A DNA stretch of 12,149 nucleotides from a virus (lineage: Duplodnaviria > Heunggongvirae > Uroviricota > Caudoviricetes): positions 1-12,149 of IMG/VR virus record IMGVR_UViG_2737471817_000011, one strand, 5' to 3'. Positions 1 to 6,751 of this stretch are shown here, in pieces. The notes beneath the pieces were generated by a model. That model did not search any database. It was not told where the DNA came from and saw only the letters and a program-made list of their open reading frames with translations. Numbering within the stretch: the first letter of the stretch is position 1; each line of letters opens with the position of its first letter. Both the position numbers and the translations under genes were made by a program.

Positions 1-1284
1 TTACTTCTTCGCCTCTGCAACCACTTTACTACCCACGCCGCGGTTATTGTATTCCCACATGCGGTTGTAGTTAGTGTCATTCAGATTGCGCTGTATTTCG
101 TCGTTATCATCTACGCTGCCGGTATTACCCGCAAACGGACGATTAGAGATCACCGCATCGGCCCACGGTTTAGCCGTGTTAAAACCTTCGTTGATGGCGC
201 TATCACGGATCACCACCTGACCGTTGGTATTGGCATCAACATCCAGCGAGCGGCCCAGTTGCGCCACACCATCACCGAAAGCATTGAAACGGCTGTTTAC
301 GGCGAGGAAACCGTAGTAAATGTTGGACAGCGTAGCCGGTGCAAACACATACGCTTCTTGCTGAGTACGTGAGTTCACCACGCGGAATTCGGTGTTATCG
401 AACACCACTGCGCCGCGACCAGAAACGATATCCACATCCCCTTCAATGTAGCTGTTGGTCACCAGCGTACGCGGCTGACGGTTGGTTTCCAGACGGTTCT
501 GCACACCGCTGTTGGTGACAAAGAAGGTGTTCTGACGACCGAGAATGTTAACGTTGTTAATCTGTACCAGGTCACCATCAGTACGCAGTGCCACCGCCGG
601 ATGGTTACCTGCATCTACGCTATCGCCCAGCGTGTTTTCGATGGTCAGATTTTGCAGTTGCAGGCCATTGTTTTGTGACCAGAAGACCGCAGAGCAGAGA
701 ACACCGATACTGTCGCTGCGTTTGCTCTGGCAGCTATCGTACATATACCACGCTGGTTTACCTGGCATATATTTGCCGCGCGGGTTGACGTCGTGACGCC
801 AGTCGGCAGGGCTCATGCCACCATCAAGGGAAAGCCCAATCTTCACATCAATCGGTTTTTCACCTGTACCGTACAGAGTAATTCCACCCGGAGCGGCAGG
901 GACATATACCGTTCCCTGATACTCACCAGGCATCACGGCAATATACTGGCGCTTGTTGGTACGCTTGATAATTGCCGCATCTACCGCCGCCTGAATCGTG
1001 GTATGCGTTACACCTTGAGTGCCCGCCGGGCCGACAACAAAGTCAGGTTGCGCAGGCAGGGTAATCGGGGAAGGATTCCACGCTGCAGCACCTGGTGTCA
1101 GGGATGCAAAATAGTGTTGAGCATCGAAATTCTGCGCTTCTTTTGCCGACAGAATCGGGCGAGAAGAGGTACCAGGCGCGGTTTGATCAGAAGGACGTTG
1201 ATCGGGCGGGGTTGAGCTACAGGCGGTCAGCGTCACGCCAAAAGCCAATGCCAGCGCCAGACGGGAAACTGAAAATGTGTTCAC
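1..1284 (-). CDS. ybhC: Outer-membrane lipoprotein YbhC (pectinesterase-fold family; putative acyl-CoA thioesterase)
   Basis: 427-aa ORF ending at window base 1. N-terminus MNTFSVSRLALALAFGVTLTAC has a signal peptide and lipobox (LTAC). Recognised from memory as the gene flanking attB-lambda on the gal side in E. coli K-12. Confidence 0.88.
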   Translation of the reverse strand: MNTFSVSRLALALAFGVTLTACSSTPPDQRPSDQTAPGTSSRPILSAKEAQNFDAQHYFASLTPGAAAWNPSPITLPAQPDFVVGPAGTQGVTHTTIQAAVDAAIIKRTNKRQYIAVMPGEYQGTVYVPAAPGGITLYGTGEKPIDVKIGLSLDGGMSPADWRHDVNPRGKYMPGKPAWYMYDSCQSKRSDSIGVLCSAVFWSQNNGLQLQNLTIENTLGDSVDAGNHPAVALRTDGDLVQINNVNILGRQNTFFVTNSGVQNRLETNRQPRTLVTNSYIEGDVDIVSGRGAVVFDNTEFRVVNSRTQQEAYVFAPATLSNIYYGFLAVNSRFNAFGDGVAQLGRSLDVDANTNGQVVIRDSAINEGFNTAKPWADAVISNRPFAGNTGSVDDNDEIQRNLNDTNYNRMWEYNNRGVGSKVVAEAKK

Positions 1285-1330
1285 AGGTTGCTCCGGGCTA
1301 TGAAATAGAAAAATGAATCCGTTGAAGCCT

Positions 1331-1345
1331 GCTTTTTTATACTAA
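1331..1345. other. attL: attL core: 15-bp lambda-type overlap sequence GCTTTTTTATACTAA
   Basis: Exact 15-mer read at 1331-1345. Left flank (ccgttgaagcct) is bacterial B-arm-like; right flank (gttggcattataaaaaagcattgcttatcaatttgttgcaacgaacaggtcactatcagtcaaaat) matches the lambda P' arm as I recall it. Confidence 0.9.
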
Positions 1346-1426
1346 GTTGGCATTATAAAAAAGCATTGCTTATCAATTTGTTGCAACGAACAGGTCACTA
1401 TCAGTCAAAATAAAATCATTATTTGA
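1346..1426. promoter_or_regulatory. P' arm of attL with tandem Int arm-type sites (aggtcactat / cagtcaaaat, 1392-1411)
   Basis: Arm-type consensus-like decamers read directly at 1392-1401 and 1402-1411, followed by AT-rich aaaatcattatttg. The 3' end of int overlaps this arm, as in lambda. Confidence 0.7.
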
Positions 1427-2489
1427 TTTCAATTTTGTCCCACTCCCTGCCTCTGTCATCACGATACTGTGATGCCATGGTGTCCGACTTATGCCCGAGA
1501 AGATGTTGAGCAAACTTATCGCTTATCTGCTTCTCATAGAGTCTTGCAGACAAACTGCGCAACTCGTGAAAGGTAGGCGGATCCCCTTCGAAGGAAAGAC
1601 CTGATGCTTTTCGTGCGCGCATAAAATACCTTGATACTGTGCCGGATGAAAGCGGTTCACGACGAGTAGATGCAATTATGGTTTCTCCGCCAAGAATCTC
1701 TTTGCATTTATCAAGTGTTTCCTTCATTGATATCCCGAGAGCATCAACATGCAATGTTGTAGGTATGGCAATTTTTACGCCCGTTTTGCTTTGCTCGACA
1801 TAAAGATATCCATCTACGATATCAGACCACTTCATTTCGCATAAATCACCAACTCGTTGCCCGGTAACAACAGCCAGTTCCATTGCAAGTCTGAGCCAAC
1901 ATGGTGATGATTCTGCTGCTTGATAAATTTTCAGGTATTCGTCAGCTGTAAGTCTTGATCTCCTTACCTCTGATTTTGCTGCGCGAGTGGCAGCGACCGG
2001 GTTTGTTGTTATATGGCCTTCAGCTATAGCCTCTCGGAATGCATCGCTCAGTGTTGATCTGATTAACTTGGCTGATGCCGCCTTGCCCTCGTCAATGTAT
2101 CCATTGAGCATTGCCGCAATTTCTTTTGTGGTGATGTCTTCAAGTGGAGCATCAGGCAGACCCCTCCTTATTGCTTTAATTTTGCTCATGTAATTTATGA
2201 GTGTCTTCTGCTTGATTCCTCTGCTGGCGAGTATTTTTTCGTAGCGATCAAGCCATGAATGTAACGTAACAGAATTATCACTGTTGATTCTTGCTGTCAG
2301 AGGCTTGTGTTTGTGTCCTGAGAATAACTCAATGTTTGCCTGTATTGCTTCAGTAATTGCTATCCTCCTGTCTCTGCCTAATCCGAACTCTTTACCCGTC
2401 CTTGGGTCCCTGTAGCAGTAATATCCATTGTTTCTTAAATAAAGGTTAGGGGGTAAATCCCGGCGCTCATGACTTCGCCTTCTTCCCAT
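1419..2489 (-). CDS. int: Lambda-type tyrosine integrase Int
   Basis: 356-aa ORF starting MGRRRSHERRDLPPNLY and ending EWDKIEIK, near-identical to lambda Int as I recall it. Catalytic region contains HELRSL and GHKSDTMASQY (tyrosine recombinase R/H/Y signature). Sits next to the att core. Confidence 0.96.
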   Translation of the reverse strand: MGRRRSHERRDLPPNLYLRNNGYYCYRDPRTGKEFGLGRDRRIAITEAIQANIELFSGHKHKPLTARINSDNSVTLHSWLDRYEKILASRGIKQKTLINYMSKIKAIRRGLPDAPLEDITTKEIAAMLNGYIDEGKAASAKLIRSTLSDAFREAIAEGHITTNPVAATRAAKSEVRRSRLTADEYLKIYQAAESSPCWLRLAMELAVVTGQRVGDLCEMKWSDIVDGYLYVEQSKTGVKIAIPTTLHVDALGISMKETLDKCKEILGGETIIASTRREPLSSGTVSRYFMRARKASGLSFEGDPPTFHELRSLSARLYEKQISDKFAQHLLGHKSDTMASQYRDDRGREWDKIEIK

Positions 2490-2685
2490 TTCTGATCCTC
2501 TTCAAAAGGCTACCTGTTACTGGTCGATTTAAGTCAACCTTTACCGCTGATTCGTGGAACAGATACTCTCTTCCATCCTTAACCGGAGGAGGGAATATCC
2601 TGCATTCGCGCACCCATCGACGAACTGTTTCAAGGCTTCTTGGGCGTCGCTGGCGAGCGTTCCACTCCTGAAGTGTCAAGTACAT
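2467..2685 (-). CDS. xis: Excisionase Xis (lambda-type)
   Basis: 72-aa ORF MYLTLQEWNARQRRPRSLETVRRWVRECRIFPPPVKDGREYLFHESAVKVDL, matching lambda Xis from memory. Its 3' end overlaps the int start by 23 bp, as in lambda. Confidence 0.94.
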   Translation of the reverse strand: MYLTLQEWNARQRRPRSLETVRRWVRECRIFPPPVKDGREYLFHESAVKVDLNRPVTGSLLKRIRNGKKAKS

Positions 2686-2710
2686 CGCAAAGTCTCCGCA
2701 ATTACACGCA

Positions 2711-2736
2711 AGAAAAAACCGCCATCAGGCGGTTTG
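2711..2736 (-). terminator. Candidate intrinsic terminator between the 55-aa ORF and xis (GC stem ccgcc/ggcgg followed by a U-run on the minus-strand transcript)
   Basis: Stem aaaccgcc (2716-2723) / ggcggttt (2728-2735) with loop atca; minus-strand RNA continues with a U-tract (plus-strand A-run 2713-2718). The stop codon of the 55-aa ORF (2725-2727) sits in the loop. Confidence 0.5.
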
Positions 2737-2892
2737 GTGTTCTTTCAGTTCTTCAACTCGAATATTGGTTACGTCTGCATGCGCTATCTGCGCCCATATC
2801 ATCCAGTGGTCATAGCAGTCGTTGATGTCCTCTGCTTCGATAACTCTGTTGAATGGCTCTCCATTCCATTCACCTGTGACTCGGAAGTGCAT
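2725..2892 (-). CDS. Small hypothetical protein (55 aa), positional equivalent of the 55-aa ORF just upstream of xis in lambda
   Basis: Not in the supplied ORF track (below its length cutoff); read by hand from the minus strand: MHFRVTGEWNGEPFNRVIEAEDINDCYDHWMIWAQIAHADVTNIRVEELKEHQTA. GGAGA Shine-Dalgarno 6 nt upstream of the ATG. Same spacing from xis as lambda's 55-aa ORF, by my memory of lambda coordinates. Confidence 0.5.
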   Translation of the reverse strand: MHFRVTGEWNGEPFNRVIEAEDINDCYDHWMIWAQIAHADVTNIRVEELKEHQTA

Positions 2893-2972
2893 TTATCATC
2901 TCCATAAAACAAAACTCGCCGTAGCGAGTTCAGATAAAAGAAATCCATCAATTGGTTAGGGTATTTGTAATT

Positions 2973-3158
2973 CTACGAATTATGTTGTTTTTTAGCTTCA
3001 GCTTTCCATTCATCAAAGGCAGTGTCTTTGTTCATGGTGCTGATATTGATCTTACGGTCAATATCATATACACGCCACTCACCGTTAGGCCTCTCTTCGC
3101 ATCTAACTAAGTATGAATTGCCATTAATATCTATGCGTCTGTCTATTTGCATGAACAT
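2973..3158 (-). CDS. Hypothetical small protein (61 aa from the first ATG; track ORF uses a TTG two codons upstream at 3164)
   Basis: ORF MFMQIDRRIDINGNSYLVRCEERPNGEWRVYDIDRKINISTMNKDTAFDEWKAEAKKQHNS. I recognise no family. It is flanked by AT-rich gaps on both sides, unlike the overlapping genes upstream. Confidence 0.35.
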   Translation of the reverse strand: MFMQIDRRIDINGNSYLVRCEERPNGEWRVYDIDRKINISTMNKDTAFDEWKAEAKKQHNS

Positions 3159-3275
3159 TTTCAATTTTCGAATCCTCTTTAATATGCATTTTTTGCTATT
3201 TCAGTAGTTTACTATTGATGAGGCGTTATTATACACACTTCATTAATGCAAGCATCTTTATGCTATGCTACTAAT

Positions 3276-3557
3276 TTAGCCATCAATATTCACCTTTATC
3301 GCGTACACCTTTACCGGTTTATCGCCGAAGTGCGGATGTGTGATTGTCTTGATTTCATAGCCGCCATACGGAACGTCAATTCTGCGGCTGGAATCGTCGC
3401 GCTTCGGATATCCCTTTGTGATAATCAGGCTGTCATACTCCCGTAACATAATTCGCTTATTCCAATAGTCATTACACAGGCGATACTCTTCCGTTTTCTC
3501 TCCTCGAATCATGGCATCGAAGTATTCACCTTTGACGGCAAGTTGTAGGTTAGCCAC
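3276..3557 (-). CDS. 93-aa phage accessory protein; N-terminal motif resembles PUA-like ASCH/DUF3850 beta-barrel proteins; positional analogue of lambda ea8.5
   Basis: ORF MANLQLAVKGEYFDAMIRGEKTEEYRLCNDYWNKR... The pattern hydrophobic-x-(E/P)YF-x-A-x-x-x-G-x-KT-x-E-x-R is typical of ASCH/DUF3850 N-termini. Its start overlaps the stop of the upstream Lar-like gene by 8 bp (operon). Confidence 0.5.
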   Translation of the reverse strand: MANLQLAVKGEYFDAMIRGEKTEEYRLCNDYWNKRIMLREYDSLIITKGYPKRDDSSRRIDVPYGGYEIKTITHPHFGDKPVKVYAIKVNIDG

Positions 3558-3852
3558 GGTTAACCTCCTGCGGAGTAGCCTTTACAAGCACTGGTGCAAA
3601 TCCATCTTCATTAAGGTTATGAATATAGACTTCTGTTCTCCTGCGCTCTTCAACGTTTAATATTGTTTCTGGATCATAAACCCATACTTTCATTCGACTA
3701 TTCCATGAAGAAATCGCTTCAGATCTAGTTCGTTTTTCTGGTCCTTGGGCACCACATTTGCATGACACATAGCGCATTTTCCCTCTGATACTGAATGAGT
3801 ATCCGATGTTAAGCACAGTGGAACCACAGAATGGGCAGCGATATAGATTCAT
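3550..3852 (-). CDS. Lar-family zinc-ribbon protein (putative restriction-alleviation / modification-enhancement protein)
   Basis: 100-aa ORF MNLYRCPFCGSTVLNIGYSFSIRGKMRYVSCKCGAQGPEK with a CPFCG...C-x-CG four-cysteine zinc ribbon near the N-terminus, as in Lar (RalR-like) proteins. AGGTGGA Shine-Dalgarno upstream. ATGA start/stop overlap with the upstream 254-aa gene. Confidence 0.6.
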   Translation of the reverse strand: MNLYRCPFCGSTVLNIGYSFSIRGKMRYVSCKCGAQGPEKRTRSEAISSWNSRMKVWVYDPETILNVEERRRTEVYIHNLNEDGFAPVLVKATPQEVNRG

Positions 3853-4610
3853 AAATCATCCACCTTAGGCGCAGCTGAGACAGCAACATTCCAGAACTCA
3901 GAAAACATATTGTATGCACCAGATAGATTGGAAGTGGCATACCCTCCAAGCTCACTTCTAATCTGAACGGCTCTCATCATTTCCGGCGTTAACTCCTTCG
4001 GCACCATAACCCAACCATCCGGAGTTACCGGAGAGTTGCCATTTATATCGAAGTTTGGCTCTGCGTCCTGAACCAGGAGGATGTAACCATTCTTGGCAGT
4101 ATCAAGTTCTAACGCCTCGGTGACGGTGCCGAAATAGCGATTGCCTAAATCAGCATCACAAGTGCTTACATCAATGGAAACTTCCATGCCTTCGATTAAT
4201 TCTGGCAAGTTGTAAGTTTGGCTTACATGTTGGCTACCCTGAAGCATGGCGGCGCGGCAGGCGTTCCAGCCTCTCACCTCTGCAATAGCGGCAACAGCAT
4301 CAACCGCGTACATTTTAAGAGGGTTAGGCATTGGTTTTTCTTCAGGTACTACTGGCACTGGAGGGGCGGCATAAACAGGAATAACGTCCGATTGCTCTTT
4401 ATTGCTTTCATCCGTTAAAGCCCAGAATAATTTTCCAGCCGGATGTTTGAAAATATAAGCAACTGGTTCTGCTTCCAGCGATGCCAGCGCCAACTTGAAC
4501 GCCTGAAGCTCAATGGCACTGTTGGTATCCAGTCCAAACGGTAATTCATCACGATTGGCTTCGTATTCAGCGATAGTTTGCTTCAGCCATTCTTTGGTTA
4601 GTTCAGCCAT
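3849..4610 (-). CDS. Hypothetical 253-aa phage early-left accessory protein (positional analogue of lambda ea22; family not recognised)
   Basis: Track ORF 3849-4661; I place the start at the internal ATG 4608-4610 (MAELTKEWLKQTIAEYEANRDELPFG...), which is preceded by AAGGGG. Acidic, proline-rich linker (PVYAAPPVPVVPEEKPMPNP) between two predicted domains. Translationally coupled to the Lar-like gene. Confidence 0.6.
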   Translation of the reverse strand: MAELTKEWLKQTIAEYEANRDELPFGLDTNSAIELQAFKLALASLEAEPVAYIFKHPAGKLFWALTDESNKEQSDVIPVYAAPPVPVVPEEKPMPNPLKMYAVDAVAAIAEVRGWNACRAAMLQGSQHVSQTYNLPELIEGMEVSIDVSTCDADLGNRYFGTVTEALELDTAKNGYILLVQDAEPNFDINGNSPVTPDGWVMVPKELTPEMMRAVQIRSELGGYATSNLSGAYNMFSEFWNVAVSAAPKVDDL

Positions 4611-4614
4611 ATCC

Positions 4615-4824
4615 CTAATTCCCCTTGGTGCTGACTTTGACGCCAACCTTGCGAATCTCATCGGCGCATCTGTTCACGATACTCCGGTGAAACTCACAAA
4701 AAATTTTCGCCGACTGCGGCCCTAATGGGTGAACATCGTGCGCACGCGGCAGTACAACCTCCCGCGCCTCCATGTCAGCAATCCGCTTGTCTTTGGCTTC
4801 CAGCTCATTCAGCAGCGCCAGCAA
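4615..4824 (-). CDS. Questionable small ORF at the deletion junction (TTG start in track; possible 5'-truncated remnant of an early-left gene)
   Basis: Translation LLNELEAKDKRIADMEAREVVLPRAHDVHPLGPQSAKIFCEFHRSIVNRCADEIRKVGVKVSTKGN. No ATG with a Shine-Dalgarno at its 5' end; an in-frame stop lies only 8 codons upstream. It ends 4 bp before the 254-aa gene start. Confidence 0.25.
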   Translation of the reverse strand: MLALLNELEAKDKRIADMEAREVVLPRAHDVHPLGPQSAKIFCEFHRSIVNRCADEIRKVGVKVSTKGN

Positions 4825-5747
4825 TTCAGCAGATTGATACTGAGATATCTAATCTGCAGAAGCTTGGTAAGGTGGCTGATAACGAGACTATTTCAAAACT
4901 TCAGTCATATCGTGATGAGCTTGTTCGCAATGCTGGTCCTGATGGTCCGGTCAATCTGGATTTGAAGCAATTAAGCGATCTGCGCAGCCAGTTCAGAATG
5001 GACGTGAAGGGTGAGCGACCAGTGTTACCAAACCGTTCCGATGCTGCCATTCAGCGAGTTTACAAGGCGATGACCGACGATATCAATGGTGCCATTGGTC
5101 AGAATCTTGGCAATGATACTCTTCGTAAATATCAGCAGGCCAATGCCGTCTACGCTGACGAAGCGGCGAAACTAAAGAATACCAGGCTGAAGAATGTTCT
5201 CATGAAAGGCGACCTGACTCCGGAAGTTGTCAACAACATGCTATTCAGCAAGAACAAATCGGAAATTAAGACTCTGTATAACTCAGTTGGTCGTGTTGGC
5301 AGGGCGCAAATGCGCAATGGCATCATTGGAAAGGCGATGGAGAAATCAGGTGGTTCCCCTGACCAGTTCCTTCGGCAGCTTAATATCCTGCAAAACCATA
5401 CTGGCATCACATTTAAGGGGCAGGACTCTGCTTATCTGAAAGGATTAAAAAACTACCTGCAATCCACGCAGCAGGCTGCAAAAGCGGCAGTAACAACACC
5501 CACAGGGCAGCAAACTATCCCGTTCATTATTGGGTATGGGACGGCAATGAACCCGGCGACAACTGGCGCAGCAGTAAGCTATGGACTTCTTACGCGCGTC
5601 TATGAGAGCGAGCCATTCAGAAATGCAATGCTCCGAATGGCAAACACCCCGCGCGGATCAACAGCGTTTGAGAAAGCCATGCAGCAGGCACAAAAGGCAA
5701 TTAACGCTATGACGCAGGGGGCTAAGTCTGATGCGTTGTCAGAATAG
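4725..5747 (+). pseudogene. Probable 3' fragment of a P22-like internal virion / DNA-ejection protein gene (gp16-like by position); the first ~35 codons of the track ORF are probably not coding
   Basis: Long + strand ORF ending 90 bp before a convergent mnt-like gene, the position gene 16 occupies relative to mnt in P22. The C-terminal region is Ala/Gln-rich (QQAAKAAVTTPTGQQ...MQQAQKAINAMTQGAK). The N-terminal 4725-4830 is GC-rich, low-complexity and overlaps a minus-strand ORF. Confidence 0.4.
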
Positions 5748-5836
5748 CTTTTCAAACACCAGGAAAGTACAAAAACCAAATATGTAGAATGCAATATTCA
5801 TCATATCTCTTTGCATAAATCCTCCGTAATGGATGG

Positions 5837-6097
5837 TTAGTTGCTGTCTTTTTTATATAGCTCCTTGAGCGTATCAAAGACAATTTTCTTAACCATATCA
5901 GATTGTTGTTCTGCCATACGCTCTGCATCGTCAATGTAAACTGATGCAGAGCTTTGTTTATCCAATGATTCTTCAATCGCTGCAATTATCTCTGAGTTCA
6001 GCGACCTGTTATTCATCTTCGCACGCTGCTTAATTTTCGCGTGGAGTTCATGCGGAAGTCTCAAGTGAAACTGCGCCTCGTCGTATTTGCTGTACAT
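5837..6097 (-). CDS. mnt: Mnt-like ribbon-helix-helix repressor (immI-type)
   Basis: From the internal ATG at 6095-6097 (AAGGA Shine-Dalgarno upstream): MYSKYDEAQFHLRLPHELHAKIKQRAKMNNRSLNSEIIAAIEESL...DAERMAEQQSDMVKKIVFDTLKELYKKDSN. Closely parallels P22 Mnt as I recall it (FNFRMPMEV...GRSMNSELLQIVQDAL...DAERLADEQSELVKKMVFDTLKDLYKK). Confidence 0.8.
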   Translation of the reverse strand: MYSKYDEAQFHLRLPHELHAKIKQRAKMNNRSLNSEIIAAIEESLDKQSSASVYIDDAERMAEQQSDMVKKIVFDTLKELYKKDSN

Positions 6098-6170
6098 CCT
6101 TGATGCCTCACCAGTTGGGTGGAATGGCATCGTAACCTACTGGATAAATACTCAACAGTACCATTTCGGT

Positions 6171-6193
6171 ATGCAATCACATCATGATTGCAT
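6171..6193. promoter_or_regulatory. Perfect 9-bp inverted repeat with 5-bp spacer (ATGCAATCA-catca-TGATTGCAT); candidate operator upstream of mnt
   Basis: Read directly at 6171-6193. Lies in the 131-bp gap between the mnt start (6097) and the HNH gene stop (6229), where an immI-type operator/promoter would be expected. Confidence 0.45.
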
Positions 6194-6228
6194 CATATCA
6201 TTCGTCTGGAGCAATGAAATGTCAGATA

Positions 6229-6729
6229 TCACCTACTCAACAGATGGTCAGCAACCATGTTTGCTGCCTTATAAGCTATAGCAGCTTCATCAATGGTGTT
6301 GAATCTCCCAAGGGTTATGTTTTTACCTGAGACATTTATCTGAGCTTGCCATTGATTTCTGGCTTGACAGAAAGTTACCCCCTTGATCCCAGCATTGCTA
6401 TTTCGAGGTCCGACATTTAATGCATTTACGACTCTGCTGACATCCCTAAGGTTTGAGATTGCGTTATTTCTTCTGTTTCTATCAATGTGGTCAATCTCTT
6501 GTTTGGGCCATTCGCCATATACATACAGCCAGGCAAGTCTATGTGCAAAATATCTTACGCCATCAATATTAATTGCGTTATATCCATAAGAAATTGTGCC
6601 AGCAACTTTCCCAACAGCACCTCTGGCGCTTAATTTCTTTTTCCAAGTGAAAATTCCTGTTTCTTTATTGTAATCGAGAACCTCCATAAGGCGCTCCCGA
6701 GTTACTACCTCGTGACGTCTCTTACTCAT
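6229..6729 (-). CDS. HNH endonuclease with C-terminal AP2-type DNA-binding domain (homing-endonuclease-like)
   Basis: From the ATG at 6727-6729 (GGAG Shine-Dalgarno upstream): [14 protein letters not shown]... HNH_3-type motif [36 protein letters not shown], then AP2-like [43 protein letters not shown]. Confidence 0.8.
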   Translation of the reverse strand: MSKRRHEVVTRERLMEVLDYNKETGIFTWKKKLSARGAVGKVAGTISYGYNAINIDGVRYFAHRLAWLYVYGEWPKQEIDHIDRNRRNNAISNLRDVSRVVNALNVGPRNSNAGIKGVTFCQARNQWQAQINVSGKNITLGRFNTIDEAAIAYKAANMVADHLLSR

Positions 6730-6751
6730 TATTTTCTCCGGAATGTTTATT

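Noticed and set aside
545-1316. Plus-strand ORFs (83, 66, 140, 73 aa) inside ybhC
   Set aside because: They are antisense to, and entirely contained within, the well-supported ybhC reading frame, and read as low-complexity, Arg/Cys-rich peptides. Spurious.
1987-2193. 68-aa plus-strand ORF inside int
   Set aside because: Antisense to the near-perfect lambda int frame; no Shine-Dalgarno.
2554-2907. 117-aa and 61-aa plus-strand ORFs across xis and the 55-aa ORF
   Set aside because: Antisense to two minus-strand genes that match lambda gene order; they read through a terminator hairpin.
3022-3446. Plus-strand 61-aa and 66-aa ORFs
   Set aside because: Antisense to the 61-aa and 93-aa minus-strand ORFs; composition-driven open frames in AT-rich DNA.
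5150-5439. 86-aa minus and 70-aa plus ORFs inside the ejection-protein fragment
   Set aside because: Nested in alternative frames of a longer, protein-like ORF.
5752-5985. 77-aa minus-strand ORF overlapping mnt
   Set aside because: Different frame from the Mnt-like ORF, which has clear homology; basic, low-complexity translation.
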